A stretch of DNA of 64,000 nucleotides from Spirochaetia bacterium (GCA_965198005.1 CBDAOI010000003.1:256001-320000); one strand, 5' to 3'; numbered from the stretch's first letter, positions 20,895 through 30,599 are shown. The notes: generated by a model from the letters alone, not told the origin. Numbers and translations: made by a program.

Positions 20895-21557
20895 CAGGGC
20901 ACCAGCACCGCCGAGCCGCTCAGCCGGCCGCGGCGTACGGCATCCAGCGCGGCGTTGGCGGCGCCCAGGGCGAAGGTCTCGTAGTCGGCGCGCAGCCCGC
21001 AGGCGGCCGCGCGCGCCAGGAACTCGGCGCCGTCGCGGCGCGTCAGATTGGCCACCGAGCACAGCTCGCGCTCGTGCCACAGGGCGGCGTAGGGAAAGCC
21101 GGGAAGGTCGCTCATGTGGATGCCGGCGCATACTACCACGCCGCCGCGCTCGACCGCCGCCAGGGCCGCCGGCACCAGCCCGCCGACCGGGGCGAAGATG
21201 ATGGCCGCGGCGGGCGGCTCGGGGGGCGCCGCGGCGGAGCCGCCCGCCCAGGCCGCGCCGGCCGCGCGCGCCTGCCGCTGCTTGCGCACGTCGCCCGGGC
21301 GGGTGTGGACGAACACGGTGCGGCCGTCGGCGCGCGCCACCGCCAGCAGCAGTCGCGCCGCGGAGCCGAAGCCGTACAGCGCCAGCGCGCCGGCGGCGTC
21401 GTCGAGGGCCGGCCGGGCGCGGCGGTAGGCGCGGTAGCCGATCATGCCGGCGCACATCAGGGGGGCCACGGCGGCTGCCGCGGCGGGGTCGCTGCCGCCG
21501 GCCGCGTCCAGTGGAAACACGTAGTCGGCGCGCGCGGTCAGCAGTTCGGCGTAGCCG
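20894..21557 (-). pseudogene. zinc-dependent alcohol dehydrogenase, N-terminal part lost
   Basis: GYAEL..ADYVF, APLMCAGMIGYRAY, YGFGSAA, SVANLTRRDG; frame begins abruptly at a junction near 21560. Confidence 0.85.
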
Positions 21558-21560
21558 TAG

Positions 21561-21975
21561 CTAAGCTAAGCTAACATATCCAGGAGGCGGATGGTTGTCG
21601 GTCTGGTCATCTTCCTGCACCTCCTGCAACGCCACCAACGCGGCGGCTAAGACGTCACGGGCATATCGTCCGGCTACCGCCAACGTCTCGAGGGCTCTCC
21701 GAGCCCTGGACAGGCGGATCACCTCATCCCGATAAAAGTCAACCACAACCCGTGGCGAGGTCGTAAACGGCAGCCCCATGATACGACACGTGCGGATGGC
21801 GCGACCGTCATCGGACAACAAGAGGTCGGCGTCAGCGTCGAACCAAAGTTGGATAGCCGCCGCTTCGCCGCGACCAAGTGCAAGCGGCAGGCTCCGGCCC
21901 GAGACCACCCTGACCACCCGCACCGTGCCCTCCTTGACAACTTCCGCAACGATGGCCGCATCAGTGTGCCGGCGG
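21561..21975 (-). pseudogene. PIN-like (DUF3368-type) toxin fragment, followed by the start of a partner gene (MTRPTTIRL, from 21610)
   Basis: LGRGEAAAI, LLSDDGRA; 5' end missing. Confidence 0.7.
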
Positions 21976-22049
21976 GTGCGTGGCGGGCCCCGTATCAGCC
22001 GTCCCAGCGCTACTACCTGCGCTGCCGCCGGTGCGGACGCTGGAGGAGG

Positions 22050-22940
22050 TCAGGATGACGTTCGTGGAACGGGTAGCCGAGTATCGGCACCCAGACGACC
22101 CACACCGCCCTTCAGCCGGGGATCGAGCAGGTCTCTGAGCGCATCACCGAGCATATTCAGACTGTACACCACCACCGTCAGGCAGAGGCCCGGCCAGATG
22201 GCCAGCCAGGGCGCCAACTCCATGAACCGGCGCCCGTCGTTGCTGAGCATCCCTCCCCAGGTGGCGACATTCGGGGGGAGACCGAAACCGAGGAAGCTCA
22301 GCGAAGCCTCGGCCATGATGACGCCGCCAATGGTCACGGTGAAGGTGATGATCATGGGCGCCATGATGTTGGGCAGCACGTGACGGAAGATGGTCCTGGT
22401 CGCGCTCGCGCCAAACGCCTCGGCCGCCTGCAGATACATGTTCTCCCTGATGCCGATGACGGCGCTGCGCGCGATGCGCGAGCCGCCAATGCCGCCGCTA
22501 ATGCCCAGCACCAGTACGGTCTGCAGCAGACCCTGGCCGACCAGCGACATCACCGTGATCAAGATGAGCAGCCCCGGGAACGCCATCCAGGCGTCGACGA
22601 ACCGCTGCACCACCATATCGAGCTTGCCGCCGAAGAACCCGGTCGTGGTGCCGATCAGCATCGCTACCACCATGTTGATACTGGTTGCTGCCAGGCCGAC
22701 GACGAGCGACACGCGCGCCCCGTAGATGATTCGGCTGAGCACGTCTCGCCCCAGCTGGTCGGTACCCAGCAGGTATTTCCCTGACGGGCCGGTTAGCCGG
22801 TCTAACATGTGGGGCTCACTCATCGGGAAGGGCGCCAGTACGTCGGCGAAGATACCGGTGAACAGCAGCAGCAGCACGATGATGCCGCCGAACGTGCCCA
22901 GCGGCTTCTCCCGGACCAGCCTCGAGAGGAAGTCACTCAT
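22050..22940 (-). CDS. peptide/nickel ABC transporter permease (DppC/OppC)
   Basis: LGTDQLGRD, EASLSFLG, DALRDLLDPR. Confidence 0.95.
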   Translation of the reverse strand: MSDFLSRLVREKPLGTFGGIIVLLLLFTGIFADVLAPFPMSEPHMLDRLTGPSGKYLLGTDQLGRDVLSRIIYGARVSLVVGLAATSINMVVAMLIGTTTGFFGGKLDMVVQRFVDAWMAFPGLLILITVMSLVGQGLLQTVLVLGISGGIGGSRIARSAVIGIRENMYLQAAEAFGASATRTIFRHVLPNIMAPMIITFTVTIGGVIMAEASLSFLGFGLPPNVATWGGMLSNDGRRFMELAPWLAIWPGLCLTVVVYSLNMLGDALRDLLDPRLKGGVGRLGADTRLPVPRTSS

Positions 22941-23898
22941 AGCGCACCCTGGGATCCAGGTAGGCGTAGGTGAGGTCGATGCCGAGATTGATCACCATCA
23001 CGGCAGTTGCCAGCATCAGGTTGATGGCAGAGACCAGGTGATACTCCCGCAGGCTGAGGGCCTTCAGCAGCAGACGGCCTATGCCGGGGAGGACAAAGAT
23101 CTGCTCGATGATGACCGACCCCCCGATGAGGATGGGCAGCTGAAAGCCGACGAGGGTGACCACCGGGATGAGGGCATTCTTCAAGGCATGCCGCATAACG
23201 ACTACCCTCTCCCTCAGCCCCTTCGACCAGGCGGTTCTGATGTAGTCTTGGCGCAGGACCTCCAACGCCATGGTGCGCGTCATGCGCATGGTGGTTCCCG
23301 AAAGGGCCATCCCCAGGACCGCGGCCGGGAGGAGAAACATCCGCAGATTGCCCAGCGGGTCGTCCGCGAAGGTGATCAGTTCCAACGGCGGTGACCATCC
23401 CCACCAGATCGCGGGGTAGACCATGATGATAGTCGCCGTCCAGAAGCTGGGGACTGAAATGAAGATGATGGCGAGGCTGCGCCCGCCGTAGTCGCCGGCG
23501 CTATCCTGCCGAATCGCCGAGTAGATGCCTATCGGCAACGATATCAGCAGTCCGATGAGAACGGCAAACACCCCAAGCTCGAAGGTCACCGGAAGCCTGG
23601 GAAGTATCTCCTCGACAACAGGCTGGTCTCCCCTGAGCATCGTGCCCAAGTTCCCCTGAAGTATTTGGCCAATCCAGCGACCATACTGTACGTGTATTGG
23701 CACATCCAGACCGAGGCGGCGCTCAATGGCCTCACGGTCCAGGGAACCGCCAGAATAGCCTGACTCAGGCCCCATTTCAATGGCCATCACGTCGATGATG
23801 TCACCGGGGATCAGGCGAATGAACAGAAAGACCAGGCTGGACACAATGAAGAGGGTCGGGATCAGCAGCAGCAGCCTTCTGATTATGTAGGTGCGCAC
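22933..23898 (-). CDS. peptide/nickel ABC transporter permease (DppB/OppB)
   Basis: YIIRRLL, RQDYIRTAWSKGL, HALKNALIP, YAYLDPR. Confidence 0.95.
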   Translation of the reverse strand: MRTYIIRRLLLLIPTLFIVSSLVFLFIRLIPGDIIDVMAIEMGPESGYSGGSLDREAIERRLGLDVPIHVQYGRWIGQILQGNLGTMLRGDQPVVEEILPRLPVTFELGVFAVLIGLLISLPIGIYSAIRQDSAGDYGGRSLAIIFISVPSFWTATIIMVYPAIWWGWSPPLELITFADDPLGNLRMFLLPAAVLGMALSGTTMRMTRTMALEVLRQDYIRTAWSKGLRERVVVMRHALKNALIPVVTLVGFQLPILIGGSVIIEQIFVLPGIGRLLLKALSLREYHLVSAINLMLATAVMVINLGIDLTYAYLDPRVRYE

Positions 23899-23938
23899 GG
23901 CTCCTCAGTGGTTGGCGGAATCCTGGTCATAGACTCGA

Positions 23939-23975
23939 GGCAAGCGGCGGGGGGTCCAAGCCCCCACCACCTGCC
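23939..23975 (-). terminator. intercistronic stem-loop after the substrate-binding gene
   Basis: GGCAGGUGGUGGGGG pairs with CCCCCGCCGCUUGCC (G-U pairs allowed); no U-tract. Confidence 0.55.
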
Positions 23976-24024
23976 CCTCATGAGCAATGGTTGTCCCCAG
24001 CTCCCTTTTCCCTAAGGTCAGCCA

Positions 24025-25809
24025 CTAATGACCCATCGCTTCCTTGAGGTCTGAGTCGAGCCAGACTCGGGAGAGGTAGAGCCAGTGGCTTCCGCCTCCC
24101 ATGGTCCTTTCCCCGTTGTAACCCGCCATCCACGGCTGCCAGAAGATGAAATTTGGCCGCATTGGGCCCCATGTCGTCCACTGCTGCTCGGTGAAGTACG
24201 TATCCGCCTCCTTCACCAGCTCCATCATCTCCTCGGTGCTGCCGGCGTTTTCGGCAGCTTCAACCATGGCATCATAGACCGGGTCCTGGACTCCGGGTGT
24301 ATTCGTCCACACATCGACCGAAGAATGAGCTACGGTCCTGATGGCCCCAAGTGGCCACCAGGGGACGCCTCTTATCCCAATGGTCATACCTCCTTCGTAA
24401 GTATGGGTGCTCAAGCGTGGCGCCAGGACGGCCCACTCCATGATGTCAATCTCGACATCAACGCCAATCTGGGCCCAGTAGTCCACGGACAATTGTGTAT
24501 AGTCTAGGTTATTGTAAAACGTGAGGGTGGGGGCGAGCCCGATTTTGGTCTTGAAGCCATTGGGATAGCCGGCTTCCGCCAGAAGCTGCTTCGCCCTTTC
24601 CGGGTCGTAGGCGTGGTTGTCTTTGATCTGCTGCGGCCACTCCTCAAATGGGGTGTAGAACCCGGGGTGAGCCGGGTTAACAATCCCGTAAGGTGTCGTG
24701 TCGCCATGCCCCTCAAACAAGGTGTCGTTGATTGTCTCGAGGTCCAGCGCCAGCTGCATCGCCGTGCGCACCCGGATGTCATCGAAGGGCGGCTTGCGCA
24801 CATCCATGGCGAATGTCCACGGCGTGTTCAGCGTGGTTGTCCATAAGAGTTCGGGGTTGGTCATCTGGAGGGCCTTCGCCTGATCCACAGTAACCGACCA
24901 CATCCGAGCGATCTTGCCCGTGCGCAGCGCCGCCAACAGTGTGGATGAGTCCGGTATTATGAGCGACTTGACCTCGTCGAGGTAGGGCAGGCGGTTCTCC
25001 GGGAACTTCTCGTCGTAGCCCCAGTAGTTGGGGTTCTTGGTGTAGGTTACGGAGCTGTCCTTCACCCAGTCCGTCAGCATGTACGGCCCGGTACCGACCA
25101 GGTTCCTCCAGTCCTGAGCGTCTCCGTGTTCCTCGATTACCTCTGGCGGATATATAAAGGCGCCATCGTGGCTATTGATGATTGCCATAAAAGCACTGAA
25201 GTCCCGCTTGGTCAGCTTGAAGACAACCGTGTACTTGTCGGTCGCGTCTATCGATTCAATTGGCGCGCCGGTGAGAACGTGGGCGTACGGGCTCTTCTCG
25301 GTGAAGCCGCTGCCCAGACCAAACATGCGGTGGAAGTGGAACACGATGTCCTCGGCAACCAGCTCACGCCCGTTCAGCGGGGGCTTGTCCTGCCAGTGAA
25401 CGCCCTTGCGAATGTGGAAGATATAGGTTGTATCGTCGGGCGTTTCCCAGCTTTCAGCAAGCAGTCCTCTGTGGACAGATAGAGGAGGGTCCAAACTTTT
25501 AAAATCCCATTTGTCTCTGGGCGTTGCCCAGTCTGCTATGCCCAGCTTCTCCAGGACTAGGGTAACGAGCTCTCTCGCCCCGGCACCCCACCAGAGGTCT
25601 GCGTGCGGACCGAGCGGAGAATTCCAGCCTTGAGCGATCCTACCACCGTACTGTGGCGCCACCACCACCTTACCGGTGGTGGGGTCGGTCACATACTTCT
25701 TGTCGGCGGCGGCTGCCGGCTCCTCTTCTGAGCCAGCGGCCCACAGGCCGGTAGCGGTCAGAATCAGGACCAACGCAATCGCGAAGGTCCTTGCAAAAAA
25801 TATCTTCAT
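24025..25809 (-). CDS. ABC transporter substrate-binding protein, family 5
   Basis: signal peptide, LAESWE, VGTGPY, KNPNYW, PFDDIRVR, YDPERAKQLLAEAGYPNG. Confidence 0.95.
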   Translation of the reverse strand: MKIFFARTFAIALVLILTATGLWAAGSEEEPAAAADKKYVTDPTTGKVVVAPQYGGRIAQGWNSPLGPHADLWWGAGARELVTLVLEKLGIADWATPRDKWDFKSLDPPLSVHRGLLAESWETPDDTTYIFHIRKGVHWQDKPPLNGRELVAEDIVFHFHRMFGLGSGFTEKSPYAHVLTGAPIESIDATDKYTVVFKLTKRDFSAFMAIINSHDGAFIYPPEVIEEHGDAQDWRNLVGTGPYMLTDWVKDSSVTYTKNPNYWGYDEKFPENRLPYLDEVKSLIIPDSSTLLAALRTGKIARMWSVTVDQAKALQMTNPELLWTTTLNTPWTFAMDVRKPPFDDIRVRTAMQLALDLETINDTLFEGHGDTTPYGIVNPAHPGFYTPFEEWPQQIKDNHAYDPERAKQLLAEAGYPNGFKTKIGLAPTLTFYNNLDYTQLSVDYWAQIGVDVEIDIMEWAVLAPRLSTHTYEGGMTIGIRGVPWWPLGAIRTVAHSSVDVWTNTPGVQDPVYDAMVEAAENAGSTEEMMELVKEADTYFTEQQWTTWGPMRPNFIFWQPWMAGYNGERTMGGGSHWLYLSRVWLDSDLKEAMGH

Positions 25810-25952
25810 CGTTTCTTCCTTGAATGTTATTTCGAGAGTATTGCGAAGCGGATTGCCGCTCCCTGGCTACTCTCGCGCCCGACAACGCGGACGGCCAGTC
25901 TGAGTCAGATTGGTGACGCGCGCGGCGTGTGACTCACCGGGTTCGCCCGGGC

Positions 25953-25988
25953 TCACGCCGCGCGCGCGTGCGGTTCTTTCAGTATCAT
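25953..25988 (-). other. 11-codon small ORF (MILKEPHARAA) with a perfect Shine-Dalgarno, overlapping a long hairpin
   Basis: AAGGAGGTGA at 26000-25991, ATG at 25988; hairpin 25917-25966. Confidence 0.4.
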
Positions 25989-26354
25989 CTTCACCTCCTT
26001 CTTGGGGCACAGGGTGCCCTGCCAGATGGCTGACGTAAGATGGGATCCGCGTGCGCGCCCCATCATGCAAACGCCCACCGCTCGGCGGACGTCGGGACCT
26101 GCGTCACGACGCCACGCGGGGCGGTGGTCGGCCGAGCAACGAATGTGGTTGACCGGCGACGTCGGTCGGTTCTGTGACGGTGAGTTGGGGGGCGGCGATC
26201 CAGGACCGGTGCGGTCGTAGCCGGCCGCTACCCCGGTGCTGAAGGCGACGGCGTGCGCGGGGTCGCGTACGGGGCGATCAGCCGGAGCGGTTAGTTGTTT
26301 CTCGGTTTGAAAAAGTGGGGGGGGGGGGGGGGGGGGCACCGGCTGCGTCACTGC

Positions 26355-26697
26355 CAACCGGTCACTGCGCTGACTGTCGTCGCGGCGCTTCATCATCGAT
26401 CCGTCGGACCCCAAGCGAGGGAAGCTTGCTATGGACGCGAGCACCCTGTCAACGACTCGGACGTCACCGAACGTCACCGGCCACTGCGCTGGCTGTCGTC
26501 ATGGCGCGTCATCATCGATCCGTCGAACCCCAAGCGAGGCAAGCTTGCTATGGGCGCGGCCACCCTGTCAACGACTCGGAGGTGACCGACCCTGACCGCC
26601 AACCGGTCACTGCGCTGACTGTCGTCATGGTGCGTCATCATCGATCCGTCGAACCCCAAGCGAGGCATGCTAGCGTGGGCGCGCCCACCCTGTCAAC
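26355..26697 (-). repeat. three tandem ~120-bp repeats, each with a sigma70-like promoter
   Basis: periods 119 and 125 bp; TTGACA at 26452, 26571 and 26696, each followed by 18 nt and CAAGCT, CAAGCT or TAGCAT. Confidence 0.85.
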
Positions 26698-26751
26698 AGC
26701 GCCGCCCCGTGCGCCCCCTGCGTGCGCGGCCGACCGGCAGCCGGGGCGGTG

Positions 26752-26979
26752 TCACGCCCGATGGCCCGTGACCTCCACCCGTGGCGCCCTCCCTGGCGCC
26801 CCAGGTGGCATGTAGCTCCCGGCCCGCGACAGGGACGTCGTGGGCTGGGAGCCCGGTGGCAACTCCGGAGGCGCGCCCGCAACGCGCTCGACCAGATCAA
26901 CCAGCGCCGGGCTGGGGATGGGCGTGACCTGGCCGGTCAGCTCGAAGCGGCGCCTGGCATCGTAGTGTCTGCGCATCAT
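26752..26979 (-). CDS. small Pro-rich hypothetical protein, paralogous to 27606..~27810
   Basis: FELTGQVTPIPSPALVDL...MPPGAPGRAPRVEVT matches FPLTGKATPMHSPALADL...MPPVAPGRAPRVQVT. Confidence 0.5.
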   Translation of the reverse strand: MMRRHYDARRRFELTGQVTPIPSPALVDLVERVAGAPPELPPGSQPTTSLSRAGSYMPPGAPGRAPRVEVTGHRA

Positions 26980-27834
26980 AGGGCACCGCAGACCCAGTCG
27001 GCGAAGTGCACGGGTAACTCATCACACGACTGACGCGTCGTCCGTTCGTCGGCCCCGTCCATGGGGCCCAGCATAGGCGTTCCCGCGCCATGGAGGGCGC
27101 GGGCGATTGCGCGCGTCTGGAGTCAACACCCATCACGCTCACCAGCGACGGGTCATGGAACCCGCTGACCGACCCGGTCAGTCTGAAAGCAGCGACTGGC
27201 ATCGCAGGGTCTGTGCATCATCGTAGCGAAGGTCGGAGGCCACCACCCGGCAGTAGCCGGCGGTTGGGAGGCCACGCCACACGAGCCGTGAACCCGCTCC
27301 CCACCGACCGTCGGCAGGCCGCTCGGGGAACAACACCACCGACCTCGGGGTGAGTCCGGCGGGGAAGCCGGGCACCGGTAAACTCTTCACACGGCTGACG
27401 CGTCGTCCGTTCGTGGGCAGACACGGTCACTCGCAACAAAGGGGCCTTCGGACACGTTCTGAATCGGCCAATGGGCCCTTTTGCCGGATCACAGGTATCG
27501 CCATTGTGCTGATGCCGCGGGCGCACCGCTAGTGACGGTTGGCCGGTGGTGCCCGCGCGGATCGTGGCGGCGTGAGAGGTAGCGCTGCCACGTCATGCCG
27601 CCGCCTCATCGGCCGCGGCAGAGCTCGTAATCGGTGACCTGCACCCGTGGCGCCCTCCCTGGCGCCACGGGTGGCATACGGCCCACAGACCACGACACGA
27701 GGTCGGGGGCTGTGGGCTGCTTCGCTGGTCCGGAGGGGGGGGCCGGAAGGCGACCGAGCAGGTCGGCGAGCGCCGGGCTGTGCATGGGCGTTGCCTTGCC
27801 GGTCAGCGGGAAGCCGATGCTCCGATCTCGACCC

Positions 27835-28415
27835 TCAGTACTCGTCGTCACAGAGGCCGTCGCGGAAGGTGTGCGGCACCACCCAGTAGCCGTCGACCGT
27901 GGCGAACAGGTCGGAGGCCACCACCTGACAGAACGCCGGAGCGACAGGCGACCGTGAGGCCACCACGAAAGTCGGCTTGAGGTGGTAGAGCGCCGAGCGA
28001 TAGGCAAGCCGCGAGCCCGACCCCCACTGGCGGTCGGCGGGCCGCTCGGGGAACAGCACCACCAGCGAGCTGCGCTTGACCAGCCACAGGGTGCGCCGCG
28101 CCAGCGCCGCCCGGGGCGGGATGCCCTCGGGCACCACCGCCGAGGCGAACAGTCCCTCGGCCCGGCAGCGCCGTGCGCGCTGGCCGAACGCGTAGCCGAC
28201 GAACACCTCGTCGGGGCCGCACGCTGAGTGGGCCAGCGCCGCCCGGAACGCCGCATCGACGCGTCGCGCAACCCACGAAGAACCCGAACCCGTGCCGGCG
28301 GAACCGGTCGATCAGCGCGCGGCAGACCAGCTGCTCCACCTGCCCGCGGCGGCTGCCGGCAAACAGCACCGAGCGCGCCGCCACCTTGAACCGCAGCGCC
28401 GGCTGATGGGGTAAT
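27835..28415 (-). pseudogene. SLOG/DprA-like Rossmann-fold protein, frameshifted near 28262
   Basis: VLFAGSR, FVGCAT/VDAAF, LARRT.WLV, GSGSRL; a deleted copy lies at ~27230-27390. Confidence 0.6.
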
Positions 28416-28465
28416 CACGATGACCTCTGATCGCCTGAGGTACTGCTGGCGCGAACCCGACCGCG

Positions 28466-29122
28466 CTACGCGGCCGGAGCAGAGCGGTAGCTGGCACAGC
28501 GCGGGTCGCGCCGTCGGTTATGGACGGTGCAGCGCAAACGCAAATTGACCATGTCGTTACTGCCGCCCTGCGCCACCGGCACGATGTGGTCGATCTGCAC
28601 CAGGTGGGTCGACCCGCAGGTCACGCCGGTGAGCGGGTCCTGGTAGCAGCAAGCCCCACCGTCCCTCCGCCACACCGCACGTCGCACCGCCGCCGGAATG
28701 TGCCGCCTCCCCCGGCGCGCGCGGGCGGATTCGGGTGCTGGCGGCTGCGACGCCGTGCGATCTCCGGACAGCCGCGCTCGCACCCCGCAGTGCAACTCGG
28801 CGTCCGTCCGGGAAGGCCCCTTCCCTGCCCGCGGCGCCTGCTGGTTCTGCGCCGAACTCGGAGTGCCGCGGCGAACCTGCTCGCTTCCCGGGGTCGCTAC
28901 TGTCTGCGCTTGCCGGTTCGGCGCCGAACCGCGGGCAGGTGCGACGCTGGAGTCGGCCGCAGCAGGACCGGGCGCAGGAGAGCTGGCAGCGACCGAGCCG
29001 GCGTAGCGCGGAGTCCGAGCACCACTCCGATCCGCTGCCCGCGGCGCTTGTTGGTTCTGCGCAGAACTGCCACCGCGTGCGCCCGCGGTGCCGGCGGCGA
29101 CCGGACCGCGGAAAGCCGCCAT
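28466..29122 (-). CDS. HNH endonuclease, C-terminal half of a split gene
   Basis: RHIPAAVRRAVWRRDGGAC...C...QIDHIVPVAQGG...NLRLRCTVHN. Confidence 0.85.
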   Translation of the reverse strand: MAAFRGPVAAGTAGARGGSSAQNQQAPRAADRSGARTPRYAGSVAASSPAPGPAAADSSVAPARGSAPNRQAQTVATPGSEQVRRGTPSSAQNQQAPRAGKGPSRTDAELHCGVRARLSGDRTASQPPAPESARARRGRRHIPAAVRRAVWRRDGGACCYQDPLTGVTCGSTHLVQIDHIVPVAQGGSNDMVNLRLRCTVHNRRRDPRCASYRSAPAA

Positions 29123-29169
29123 CAACCGAGCCGGCGTGGCGGAAAGCCGCCATCAACCGAGCCGGCGTG
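29108..29169. repeat. perfect 31-bp tandem duplication
   Basis: GCGGAAAGCCGCCATCAACCGAGCCGGCGTG x2. Confidence 0.95.
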
Positions 29170-30564
29170 GCGCGAACTGTCCGATCGCCACGTCCGAGTC
29201 CGATCGCCACTCCGATCCGCTGCCCGCGGCGCCTGTTGGTTCTGCGCCGAACCGCCGGCAAGTGCGACGCCGAGGCCGGCGGCCGCCGGAGCGGCAGTGA
29301 AACAGCTCGCATCGACCGAGCCGGCGGCGACCGGAGCGGGTGCGGGGCTGCCAGCAACCGGACCCGCGGCAACCGAACTGCGGGCAGCCGCGGTCGCGGG
29401 CACCCCCTCGTCAGGCGCTCCGGCGGCGCAAGTCGACGAGCCGGCCTTGGATGCAACCGCGGCCACCACATCACCGGTAGCCCGGTGTTCGTCGGTGACG
29501 GCGAGATGCTGCTCGCACGTCTCGGCGGGCCGCGCCGGCACCGCCGCCCCCCGCTTGGCGCGACTCCGCTCCCGCATCGGGTCGTACTTCCGCTCCGCCT
29601 GCTGCAGCAGGTAGGCGAGCAGTTGCCCGGTGGTGAAGCCCGGGTTCACGTGCGACAGCCAGCCCTTCAGCTTGGCGATGGTCCCTATACTGCTCTGGTC
29701 CAGGATCACCCGCACCGCGTAGCGGCCGCCGCCGAGGGCGCGCTGCTGCTCTCGCGGCAGGTCCAGCTCGGGCTCCAGTTCCGCCAGCAGCTTCTCGGTC
29801 TCACGGGCCGACTTGTTGGCGACCAGATCGACCAGTTCGACCTTCTGGTCCCGGGTCCATGCCGGTGGTGGTTCCGTCGCGGGCGGCGACGGCGCAGACT
29901 CGCGGGCCGCACCCGGGGGCGGCGACGCAGCGGCTGACGCCAACGCCGCCGGGGATGCGGCCGCGGCCTTCCCGGCTGCGGCGGCGGTTTCCGCAGCCGG
30001 CGACGTCGCCGGCCCTGGCGCCAGCGTTGCGGCAGGCGCGGCTTCCTGGGTTCCCGCGACTTTCGTCTGCGCCGGGTGCACCCCACCAGCCGACGACTCC
30101 TCGGCGCCCACCCTTACAGCGCCCGCCGCCGACACGCTCGCCGACACGCTCGCCCGCTCACGGACGGCTTTACGGGAAGCCTTACGAGCCGCTTTCCGCG
30201 CACGCTTTTCAATCGCGTTCTGCAACTGACTCGCGGTCGTGAGATTCAACTCGCCGCTGCGCAGCTTGTCTGCTATCCCTGGCATTTCACGACACAACTT
30301 CATCACCATGATTCTCCGCCAAGCGCATCCATTACTGTAGTTCAGCTCCCGTACCGCGTACGCGAACAGACTCGGATAGCCACGTTCTTCGTACAGCTCA
30401 CGGCGCTCTATTTCGTCCAAGTGCTGGATCGTAACGATGGTGAGTTCAGTCTCGTGGCGCGCCAGTTCTCTGGTCCTGAACAGTAGATCAGCGTCGCTTA
30501 CCAAGTGGAAAGTGTTGGGTACATCGAGAGACTGGCAAGAGGCATCAGATACGACATTATTCAT
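29122..30564 (-). CDS. DUF222-like N-terminal half of the HNH-associated protein, with Ala/Pro-rich linkers
   Basis: HLDEIERRELY..RGYPSLFAY..RELNYS...AWRRI, GELNLT; start set from the promoter position. Confidence 0.75.
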   Translation of the reverse strand: MNNVVSDASCQSLDVPNTFHLVSDADLLFRTRELARHETELTIVTIQHLDEIERRELYEERGYPSLFAYAVRELNYSNGCAWRRIMVMKLCREMPGIADKLRSGELNLTTASQLQNAIEKRARKAARKASRKAVRERASVSASVSAAGAVRVGAEESSAGGVHPAQTKVAGTQEAAPAATLAPGPATSPAAETAAAAGKAAAASPAALASAAASPPPGAARESAPSPPATEPPPAWTRDQKVELVDLVANKSARETEKLLAELEPELDLPREQQRALGGGRYAVRVILDQSSIGTIAKLKGWLSHVNPGFTTGQLLAYLLQQAERKYDPMRERSRAKRGAAVPARPAETCEQHLAVTDEHRATGDVVAAVASKAGSSTCAAGAPDEGVPATAAARSSVAAGPVAGSPAPAPVAAGSVDASCFTAAPAAAGLGVALAGGSAQNQQAPRAADRSGDRTRTWRSDSSRHAGSVDGGFPPRRLG

Positions 30565-30570
30565 GTCGAT

Positions 30571-30599
30571 AGTATACCACGAAGCGAAAGAATATGCAA
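30571..30599 (-). promoter_or_regulatory. sigma70-type promoter, probably leaderless transcript
   Basis: TTGCAT-17 nt-TATACT with extended TG; ATG 6 nt downstream. Confidence 0.7.

Noticed and set aside
26317-26336. 20-nt poly-G tract as a phase-variation or G-quadruplex element
   Set aside because: Not in a recognisable gene or promoter; long G runs are a common sequencing/assembly artefact and cannot be judged without reads.
26395-26420. tmRNA- or tRNA-like sequence (GGGGTTCGACGGA in the repeats)
   Set aside because: Only a short resemblance; no acceptor stem, tag ORF or CCA end could be built.
26355-26697. CRISPR array
   Set aside because: Conserved units are ~100 bp with only short variable joints; no 25-45-bp repeat/unique-spacer pattern and no cas genes.
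29108-29169. Simple explanation that one extra 31-bp copy caused the HNH frameshift
   Set aside because: Frame arithmetic shows that deleting one copy leads into the wrong frame, so at least one more event is needed.
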